Made by a program: the position numbers and the translations under genes
Shown here: positions 14,296 through 26,341 of the stretch, piece by piece
How the letters are laid out: every line of letters begins with the position of its first letter
Numbering within the stretch: position 1 is the first letter of the stretch
Notes under the pieces: generated by a model
Database searches by the model: none
Seen by the model: the letters and a program-made list of their open reading frames with translations, nothing else
What the model was told of the DNA's origin: nothing
NCBI GenBank assembly: GCA_012295275.1
Contig: CM022668.1
Location: forward strand, 9,486,001-9,550,000
Direction: 5' to 3'
DNA: 64,000 nt
Origin: Chrysomallon squamiferum
Taxonomy: Eukaryota > Animalia > Mollusca

Positions 14296-17200
14296 CTGTG
14301 AAAATAAATCAACGTTTTAATTAGTAAACAAACATTACAACACACGTAAACGTTTTAATTAGTAAACAAACATTACAACACACGTAAATGTTTTAATTAG
14401 TAAACAAACATTACAACACACGTAAACGTTTTAATTAGTAAACAAACATTACAACACACGTAAATGTTTTAATTAGTAAACAAACATTACAACACACGTA
14501 AACGTTTTAATTAGTAAACAAACATTACAACGCACGTAAACATTTTATTAGTAAACAAACATTACAACAGAGGTAAACGTTTTAATTAGTAAACAAACAT
14601 TACAACACACGTAAACATTTTAATTAGTAAACAAACATTACAACACACGTAAACATTTTAATTAGTAAACAAACATTACAACACACGTAAACATTTTAAT
14701 TAGTAAACAAACATTACAACACACATGAAAAGTGGTGAGAATATTTATATAAGCATCAATTAACTGTAAAAATAAATAAACATTTTAATTATTAAACAAA
14801 AATTACAACACATGTAAAAACGTAGTGAGAATATTTATATAAGCACTAATTAAATGTGAAAATAAATTAACATTTTAATTATTAAACAAAAATTACAACA
14901 CACATTGAGAAGCATATTTATATAAGCAGTAATCAACTCATTAACTGCACATATGTAAAAAGTAATAAATTTTTATAAGATAATAATTAAAAATAAATTT
15001 GTTTTAATTAAAACAAAAAACACATTAAAAAGATACTTTTAAAAGCACTAATTAAATAAAAAAAAAAATAAACATTTTAATTATAAAACAAAAATTAATA
15101 AAGTATTGAAAAACTAAATAAAAAAAATAAATAAACATTTTTATTAAAACAAAAATTACAACACACTTAAAAAGCAGGGAGTATATTTATATAAGCACTA
15201 ATTAAATATAAAAATAAATTAATATTTTAATTATTTAAACAAAAATTACAACAAACAAAAAGGTACTGTATATTAACTTATATAAGCAATAATAAAATTT
15301 TGATAAAATAAATAAAATTATATTTATTAAACAAAAATTAATAAATAAATAAAAATATATTAATTATACAAAAATTACAAGATTAAAAAGCAGGTATAAA
15401 AAATTTATTTCTAAATAATTATTAATAAAGTGCACTTATGTAATAAGTATAAATATTTTTAATACTGATATGTGATCATACAGTAAATACAAGTGTAGGT
15501 TAGGTAATCTAATTGTAATAAAGCCAGAAATGTCTACAGAAAAGCTGTGATTTAACTGAAAATACAGTAAAGTTTTTTTTATTACCTGTAGGAATTCTCC
15601 AAGGTCAACTTGAGCATTTTTGTTGAGATCTACTTCACTGAGTATTTCATGTAGCTGATCCTCTGAAACTCTCTCTCCAATTTTCTAAACATAACGATAC
15701 TAACATTTTCACTAACAGTTTATTAATATTACTCTTGTTACTGGTAGTTTCTAGTTATTATCGTTGTTGTTAATTCTCTTTTTTTTCTAAACATAACTGT
15801 ACTAATATTTTCACTAACAGTTTATTATTACTATTACTCTTGTTAGTGGTAGTTTCTAGTTATTTTACTAATAATTTATTATTACTATTACTGATAATTT
15901 CTAGTTCTTATCATTGTTGTTAACTCTCCTGTTTTCTAAACATAACAATACAAGCATTTTCACTAACAGTTTATTAATATTACTCTTGTTAGTGGCAATT
16001 TCTAGTTATTATTATTGTTGTTGTTAATTATTCTTTTTCTAAACTTAAAAATTACTATTTTCTTTAATATTTTATTATTATTACTGTTGTTGTTACTGTT
16101 AACTGTTTTTCTAAATGTTTCTCTTATTGATGATGACAGAACTCCATTCTCTGTTGATTTTGTAAATCAATAAATATATATACACACATTTATATATTTA
16201 TATAGATATCTGAAAAATGTATGTCTATGGCAAAATTACAAAAACTATTAATAATCTCATCTTTAACTATTTTGTTCAATCATTGACTATGATCTAATCT
16301 TATTGTCTGTACTGAAATCATGTACAGGTAGGTTTTTTAAAACTATATTATTATGTGGACGACAAGAAATTCACAATATTATATAATGGTAACCATGACA
16401 ACATTAAAATAAAGTCTTAACGATATCACTTTGATGTATATCTTCTTAGATCACAGACAGAAATGTAACTTTATTGTCAGTGTTGACATCATCTATAGAT
16501 TTTGTTTTTTTAAATTATATCATATGTTGACGATAAAATATTTGCAATATTAAATGTTAGCATCCAACAACATCATAATAAAGTTGTTAACAATATCACC
16601 TTGTAGTGTTTTCTAAGATCGCTTACAGAGACGTAACTTTATTTTCAGTGTATATATTTATTTTTTTATTAACAGTATGCTAACGACAAAATAACTACAA
16701 TTATATGCTGGTTTCCAATGACAACAAAACAATATTAATCTTATTAATAAGCTAACCTTGAAGTATTTTCGCAGGTCATTGACTGTGATGTAACCTTTGT
16801 TGTCCATGTCGAGGGACTTGAATCTCTTCGCGTACATGTTGATTTCGTCCTTCGTGAAGTTGATCGGACTTTCTCGCTCTTGAGCCTTTTTGATGTCAAG
16901 ACCCATTTCCCGTCTGAGAAACCTCTGAGCTTTCTCCATTTCTTCCTGATATTCAGAAAATAGTTCTCTGATTAAAAGAATTTATTTTGTTCTTTTTATT
17001 TCTGTGATATAAATGATTATGAAATATTTCTCTGGTTAAAAAATTTATTTTGTTCTTTTTATTTCTGTGATATAAATAATTATGAAATATTTCTCTGATT
17101 AAAAGAATTTATTTTGTTCTTTTTATTTCTGTGATATAAATAATTATGAAATATTTCTCTGATTAAAAAAATTTATTTTGTTCTTTTTATTTCTGTGATA

Positions 17201-19297
17201 TAAATAATTATGAAATATTTCTCTGATTAAAAAATTTATTTTGTTCTTTTTATTTCTGTGATATAAATAATTATGAAATATTTCTCTGATTAAAAAAATT
17301 ACTTTGTTCCTTTTATTATTGTGATATAAATAATTATGAAGTATTTCTCTGATTAAAAAAATTGTTTTGTTCTTTGTATTTCTGTAATATAAATAATTAT
17401 GAAATATTTCTCTGATTAAAACAGTTATTTTGTTCTTTTTATTTCTGTAATTCAAATAATGTAAAATAGTTTCCAATTAAAAGATTAATTTGTATATGTA
17501 CTTTTTATTTCTGTAATATAAATAAAACATTTCTATAATTAAAAGATTAATTTCTATACATTGTGTTTATTCTGTGATATATAAAAGATAATTTTTTACT
17601 TATATTTATAGTAAAAAAAAAACATTTATGAATTGGTATCCTTAAAATTTTGCTTAGTAAAATAATGGGTTTTGTTGTTTTTATTTTTAATTATTAACAA
17701 TTCCTTTTTATCATCTGTTAACTTGCAGTGGCCTTGAATGTTCTTAATATTCTTATAAACATTTATTTATTTATTTTGACTTAATAAAGTCTGTACATGT
17801 GGAAAAACAGAAACACAGACAGACAAACAGATGGTAGACATGATGATAAAACATCATTTCAGACTGCAAGAAACAATATTATCAACATATAAAAACAATA
17901 CGATTTAATACAATAAACTAATATAGTGTAACGTAACATATAACACATTTCAGAGAAAATTAACCTTCATGTATGTGCTGTATACAATCATTATTGCTAA
18001 CATACACTAAAAATGTTAATTAATTTTGTTGTCTGACCTTCTGTTGAGCTTTGCTCCAGTGCAGTTCTTCGCCCATGATTTCCACGATTCGTGGCAGTGC
18101 TTCCTCTGCGGCGTGGATGTTGAGAAAAGCAAGTCGTACACGTCGCGCTATGACGTCAATGACGCTGCAGGCGTATTCCCTCACAGCATAGATAACCTGA
18201 GACAAAATAAAAAAATGTTTTTGTTTCTGTGTATGTGCATTTGAGTATGTGGATGAATATATATATGTGTGTCTGTGTGTGTGTCTTTGTGTGTTGCTGT
18301 GTATGCAGATGTGTGTGGATAGATGGATAAATGGATGCATGAATGAATGGATGTGTGTGTATGTGTGTGTGTGTGTGTTTTGTTTCTCTTTGCATACATA
18401 GGTATGAAAGTGTCTATGCATTCACATATACGTGTGTAAACATACACACACGAGTAGATATTGGAATATAAAGTACTGCTTAATGTAATTTAATTAAACA
18501 TTTTAAAAATTGTATCATTTCCAATACTTTACGCCAATTACTTTCCAATTAAAAATTAAATTAAATACTGTTGGTCCATGCATGTTTTATTATTATTTAG
18601 TTTCAGTGTAACTGTGTTCATTTGCTCACTCATTCACATTTTCTCATTTATATTTTGCTCATTCCCATAGGCTTAATATCAAATGTTACCCACATAAGCT
18701 TAAACTCACCTCAACTCAAAAGTTACTCACACGGTTGGGCTCACTCAAATAAGCTTAAACTGACCTCAGCTCAAAGGTTACTCACTAGGCTGGGCTCACT
18801 GACGTAAGCTTAAACTCACCTCAACTCAAAGGTTACTCACTAGATTGGGCTCACTGACTGACATAAGCTTAAACTCACCTCATCTCAAAGGTTACTCACT
18901 AGGTTGGGCTCACTCACTGACATAAGCTTAAACTCACCTCAACTCAAAGGCTACTCACTAGGCTGGGCTCACTCAAATAAACTTAAACTCACCTCAACTC
19001 AAAGGTTACTCACTAGGTTGGGCTCACTCAAATAAACTTAAACTCACCTCAACTCAAAGGTTACTCACTAGGCTGGGCTCACACCTACTCACCTCGGCTT
19101 CTATGTAAGGATATTCTTCTGTGAGTCTCTTGCCTACAACCGGCCAACGTTTTCCTGTCAGGTTAGCGAGCTTCGCCACTTTGATTGCCTTGTCACCATA
19201 CGTGTTAGCCAGGTGTTTAGCTACCTGTCAGTGATAGTAATAATAGTGGTAATAATAGCAATAGTAATAATAATAATAATAATAAAAATAGCAATAG

Positions 19298-19328
<31 letters not shown>

Positions 19329-19335
19329 AATAATG

Positions 19336-19388
<53 letters not shown>

Positions 19389-22300
19389 TATGATAATAAT
19401 AATAATAATAATAGTGATGATAATTACAAAAATAATAATAATAATAATAATGACGATGATAATAAAATGATAATAATAATAATGATGATGATAATAATGA
19501 TCATACTGATAATAATTATGAAGATGATAATAATCATACTGATAATGATCATGAAGATGATAATAATGATAATAATAATCATACTGATAATGATTATGAA
19601 GATGATAATAATACTAATAATGATGATGATGATAATGATGATACTAATGAAGATGTTGATGATAATAATGACAATGATGATGATAATCATGATAATAATC
19701 ATGCTGATAATCATAATAATGATAACAACAACAATAATAGTAATAATAATAATACTAGTAATGTATTGCTTTGTCACCAAACATGTTAGATGTTTAGCAA
19801 CCTATCATAAATAATAATAATAATAATAATAACAATAATAACAACAATGATAACAATAATGATAATGATCCTAACGACAGTGATGATAATAATGGTAACA
19901 ATAATCATACTAATATTTAATAATAATAATAATAATAACAACAGTAATGAAAATAATAACAACAATAACAAAAAGGAGGTTGTAATGTCTAAATAAACGA
20001 CGACAACACCCACCTCGTTCTCTACACCGAAGTCCTGCACCAGTCTGATGTACATCGTTGGTGACCACCCATAGGCTCCGTCTAGTAACAGTCCCTTTGT
20101 CTGACTGTCCTTGTGTTTGGGGTTCAAGTCACACGTCTCGATGGCCTTGTCAATTGTCTCTTCGGCCATGTGTCTGTACGTTGTCCACTTTCCACCTAGC
20201 ACAAGTTTTAACTTTATTTTAAACATGTTTTAACACTTTATTTTATACAAGTTTTAACACCTTATTTTACTCAAGTTTTAACACTTTATTTTATAGAAGT
20301 TTTAACATGTTACTTTACAGAAGTTTTAACACATTATTTTACTTGATTTTACAGAAGTTTTAACACATTATTTTACAGATGTTTAAACGTTATTTTATAG
20401 AAATTTTAACACATTATTTTATAGAAGTTTTAACACATTATTTTATAGAATTCTTAACAAATTATTTTATAGACATTCAAAAATGTTATATTTAGTATAA
20501 ATTAAAAGATGTTATGCTAATAAAAATTTAAAGATGCTATATTAGCAGAAAAAAAAAAAACAAAATCACTTCAGTGGTATTTTCGAGGCATCATGACCAA
20601 AGAATTTTTTAAAGAAATAAAAAGATCATATTAATAAAAAATTAAAGACACTACATGAGTATGAGGAAACTCAGCCTATTTAACTGTCCCCTTCCAGCTC
20701 AGCTTAAAAATACTTAATTTGTGTAATTTTGTGTTTAAATAGAATTTTACAGATATTGCATCAGCATAAAAACTAATCAAGAATAGTCCTAATGTTAACC
20801 AAAAATTTAACATATATCAATGGTTAAAAGATTATCAGTTATATACCATCCATGGCATTCCAGTGTTAAAACTATTAACATTTATCAGTGGTTTAAAGAT
20901 TTATACCAGCCATGGCATTCCAATGTTAAAACTATTAACATTTATCAATGGTTTAAAGATTTATACCAGCCATGTCATTCCAGTGTTAAAACTATTAACA
21001 TTTATCAATGGTTTAAAGATTTATATCAACCATGGCATTCCAGTGTTAAAACTATTAACATTTATCAATGGTTTAAAGATTTATACCAGCCATGGCATTC
21101 CAGTGTTAAAACTATTAACATTTATCAGTGGTTTAAAGATTTATACCAGCCATGTCATGCCAGTGTTAAAGACACTGATGTGTGTGGGTGGATATAAGAT
21201 GACAACGTACCAGCTATAGTGATCAGTTTTTCTTCGGAGACCTCGATGATGTGGTTCCGGGCCACGGACTGAGTGTCTGCTTTGTTTGGATCTGCTACAA
21301 GAGGCCGCAGTCCACTCCACGCTGACAGAACATCACCGCGACGCACTGAAAACATAGACATACAGTCATACACCAGTAATATAGTGATATATCTGTAATA
21401 TAGTCATACACCAGTAATACAGTGATATTTCTGTTATACAGTCATACACCAGTAATACAGTGATATATCTGTTATACAGTCATACACCAGTAATATAGTG
21501 ATATTTCTGTTATACAGTCATACACCAGTAATATAGTGATATATCTGTTATACAGTCATACACCAGTAATACTGTAACATGTCTGTTATACAGTCATACA
21601 CCAGTAATACTGTAACATGTCTGTTATACAGTCATACACCAGTAATATAGTGATATATCTGTTATACAGTCATACACCAGTAATATAGTGATATATACAG
21701 TCATACACCAGTAATATAACATGTCATATACACTCATACACCAGTAATACAGTGATATATCTGTTATACAGTCATACACCAGTAATACAGTGATATATCT
21801 GTTATACAGTCATACACTAGTAATATATCTGTTATACAGTCATACACCAGTAATATAGTGATATATCAGTAATACAGTCATACACCAGTAATATATCTCT
21901 TATACAGTCATACACCAGTAATATAGTGATATATCTGTTATACAGTCATACACCAGTAATATAGTGATATATCTGTTATACAGTCATACACCAGTAATAT
22001 AGTGATATATCTGTTATACAGTCATACACCAGTAATACTGTAACATGTCTGTTATACAGTCATACACCAGTAATACTGTAATATATCTGTTATACAGTCA
22101 TACACCAGTAATACTGTGATATATCTGTTATACAGTCATACACCACTAATACAGTGATATATCTGTTATACAGTCATACACCAGTAATACTGTGATATAT
22201 GTTATACAGTCATACACCAGTAATACTGTGATATATCTGTTATACAGTCATACACCAGTAATACTGTAACATGTCTGTTATACATTGATGGATCAGTAAT

Positions 22301-23557
22301 ATAGCGATATGTTATACAATCATACACCAGTAATACGGTGATATATCTGTTATACAATCACACACCAGTAATACTTAACATATCAGTAATACAGTGATAT
22401 ATCTGTTATACAGTCATACACCAGTAATACTGTAACATGTCTGTTATACAGTGATAGATCAGTAATACAGTCATATATCTGTTATACAGTCATACACCAG
22501 TAATATAGTGATATATCAGTAATACAGTGATATATCTGTAATACAGTGATATATCTGTTATACAGTCATACACCAGTAATACTGTGATATAGCTGTAATA
22601 TAGTAACATATCAGTAATAGTCATACACCAGTAATATAGTGATATATCAGTAATATAGTAACATATCTGTTATACAGTGATAGATCAGTAATACAGTACT
22701 AGATGAATAATATAGTAATATATCTGTAATATAGTAACATAGTAATATATCTGTAATATAGTAATACATCTGTAATATATGATATAGTAATATATCTGTA
22801 ATATATCTTAATATAGTAACATACCTGTAACATAGTAATATATCTATAATATAGTAATGAATCTGTAATATAGTAAATAATCTATAATATAGTAATATAT
22901 CTGTAACATAGTAATGTATCTGTAATATAATAATAGACCAATAATATTCTAATGTTTAGTAACATGTAAGTAACACAAAAGAATATCAATAATTTGCTAA
23001 TACACAGTAATGCATCATCATTATACTAATGTGTGTTTGTATGTGTATATAATCTGTATATCTGTATATATCTATATCTATATACAAATATCTATCTATA
23101 TCTACATCTTTATATATTTATTAATGTTTGTACACCAATTAATACAGTTTGTTTGGAACTGTTAAATAATTTATGGACTGGGTGATGGGACAGTACCTTC
23201 CACATCAGCGCTGAGATAATTCCTCACTTCATTCAGAATAAACTGAATTTCTTGTTCCGTTGGTTGTGGGTAGTCAGTCACATCACATGGGCTGTCTGTT
23301 GTCCCTGCAATTACATATAAATATAAACAGACAGACGTACAGACAGACAGATAGGCAGATAGGTAGGTTGATAGGTAGGTTGATAGATAGATAGATAGGT
23401 AGGTAGACAGGTAGGTACGTAGGTAGGTAGGTTAGGCAGATAGATAAACATATAAATAGATATACAGATAGAAAAAACAAATTACATTAATAAAGGAAAG
23501 AATGCATAAATAAGCAAGGACACACATTAAAGAACATCACTCTCACAGGCATCCGAA

Positions 23558-23588
<31 letters not shown>

Positions 23589-24718
23589 AGCAATGAGTTT
23601 TGAAGTATTTATAAATCTGTCTACCTACCTGCTAATGTCACCTTTTGCCAGGGTAAGAAAAATATCACTCGACCATCGCTTGTCGAAGGATCCAGTAGTC
23701 CCATGTGATCAGGACTGTATAAATCAATGAATGAATGAATCAATGAATCAATCAATCAATTAATCAATTAATCAAAAACCAATAAATCAATAAATCAATC
23801 ATTAAATCAATATATCAGTAAATCAATCACTCAGTAAATAAAAAAATAAAAAAATCAATAAACAAATCATTCAGTTAATTAAATAAATTAAATTAATAAC
23901 AAAATGGTCATATTAAACACCTCGGGTATATGTGACACACCTGTAACAAGTAAAACTATGTGACATACCTGTAATAGTCAGGCAAAACTATGTGACATAC
24001 CTGTAATAGTCAGGTAAAACTATGTGATATAACTGTAATAGTCAGGTAAAACTATGTGACATAACTGTAACAGTCACGTGAAAGTATGTGACATACCTGT
24101 AATAGTCAGGTAAAACTATGTGACATAACTAATAGTCATGTGAAAGTATGTGACATACCTGTAATAGTCAGGCAAAACTATGTGACATACCTGTAATATC
24201 AGGTAAAACTATGTGACATAACTGTAATAGTCACGTGAAAGTATGTGACATACCTGTAATAGTCAGGTAAAACTATGTGACATAACTGTAATAGTCAGGT
24301 AAAACTATGTGACATACCTGTAATAGTCAGGCAAAACTATGTGACATACCTGTAATATCAGGTAAAACTATGTGACATAACTGTAATAGTCATGTGAAAG
24401 TATGTGACATACCTGTAATAGTCTGGTAAAACTATGTGACATAACTGTAATAGTCAGGTAAAACTATGTGACATACCTGTAATAGTCAGGTAAAACTATG
24501 TGAACGCCAGAGCTCGGTTGACAGATTTTACGAATTGACTGGTTGGACATCTGTCGAATTTTGTCTGTGTACGGACCTGTTGCATTTACCACACACTTCG
24601 CCTTAATGTCAAACTCTCGACCTGGAGGTAAATAAAGATATAAATAAATAAATAAATAAACAAAGAAACAAACAAAGAAATAAATAAATACACAAACAAC
24701 AAAGAAAGAAATAGCCAG

Positions 24719-24755
<37 letters not shown>

Positions 24756-25264
24756 CATTATATATTATTAACACACGAACACTACATATCAGTAACATTA
24801 AAATACGATATGAAGATAACACAAAATGACAACATGTTTCAGTGAGCTACATTTTTCTTAATATTAATGCATCCAAAGAATGTGTGTAAATAAATAAAGA
24901 AAGAAATAAAAAAATAAACAGACAAATAAACGGTTGATTTGATATATGTTTTTCATAGACCTAACAATATTTAGTTTTGATATCAAAATATTATGGAAAC
25001 AACAATCCAAAAAATGTGTTGATTTTAAAATAAAAACAAAGAAATCAAAAAAAGGAATATAAATAAATAAAGAAAGAAATAAAAAAATAAACAGACAAAT
25101 AAACGGTTGATTTGATATATGTTTTTCATAGACCTAACAATATTTAGTTTTGATATCAAAATATTAGGTGGAAACAACAATAATGAACTGAGATCTATAA
25201 AAAGATATCGAAATTGATTTTAGAAATAAAAACAAAGAAATCAAAAAAAAAGGAATATCTCTAT

Positions 25265-25301
<37 letters not shown>

Positions 25302-26310
25302 ACTTAACACAAAAAAATAAGTAAATGAGTAAATAATAAAAAAGCTCACACGTAAGATTATCTCTGACATGGGCACCGCAGATAATTTCTTTTCCTTCAA
25401 AGTCTTTTTTCTTGATCAGTCTCAGCACCTCCACATGGTTTGTCAGTGACCCTCCCATTCGAATACCAGTGATAGCGATGGAGATGTTCATTCTGGCATC
25501 ATCATGTTGCCCTGAAAAACATCAGACAAAGTATCTATGATAAGAAGTAATTAGAAAGAACAGTTGACTATAAGACAAAGATGACAGCTGTATATAAAGC
25601 TAAGACAATCAAAGGTTGAAAAAATGATAATAACCTTAATTAGAAAGAACAGTTGACTATAAGACAAAGATGACAGCCGTATATAAAGCTAAGACAACCA
25701 AAGGTTGAAAAAGTGATAATAACAACAGAAAATATCAAGTGAAGTAACAGTTACTGAAAGTAATTTAAAACAATAATGATATATATATATAAAAATCACA
25801 GTTATTTTTTTTATAGTTTAATAATTTGTATTTTTGCAGGATAAATTTGTCAGGATAAAATTAACTGTCCATAATTCAGTCACCTTCACAAAATAGGAAC
25901 TCACCAACAGAATACTCAAAACTCACTATCATAATACAAAAATTCACATTTGTAATATATGAAACTCATTTGAACACAAAACTCACTGTCAAAATACACA
26001 AAACTCACCATCACAATACACAAAACTCACTGTCACAATACACAAAACTCACTGTCAAAATACACAAAACTCACCATCATAATAGACAAGAGCTCCAACC
26101 AGCCTGTCTTTCTTTAACATGGGAAATAACTCTAGTGCTTTCTCCTTAGACAAGTAATAACTGGACTTGAGTGTTTGGTTTCCTGCTACTACATCGTACA
26201 TTTTGATTCCTGCCCAGAAATAGGGAACTTGCCACCATCTGTAAAAAACACAGTAAACTGCTCTGTCATTCAGTGGACTCTTACAATTTATAATTAAATT
26301 TACTAAATTA

Positions 26311-26341
<31 letters not shown>

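Noticed and set aside
17144-17476. Minus ORF with REIFHNYLY repeats
   Set aside because: Translation of the 63-64-bp intronic minisatellite.
20820-21219. Plus-strand ORFs with 20-aa repeats ([20 protein letters not shown])
   Set aside because: Frame-preserving by-product of the 60-bp intronic array, antisense to GPD2.
23621-23642. Alternative exon-8 donors (AAG|GTGACA and GTAG|GTAG)
   Set aside because: Both break frame with exon 9; the 23629 donor keeps the conserved TLAGTTD.
21360-24503. Regular 32-38-bp repeats resembling CRISPR arrays
   Set aside because: No unique spacers, no cas genes, eukaryotic introns; these are head-to-tail minisatellites.
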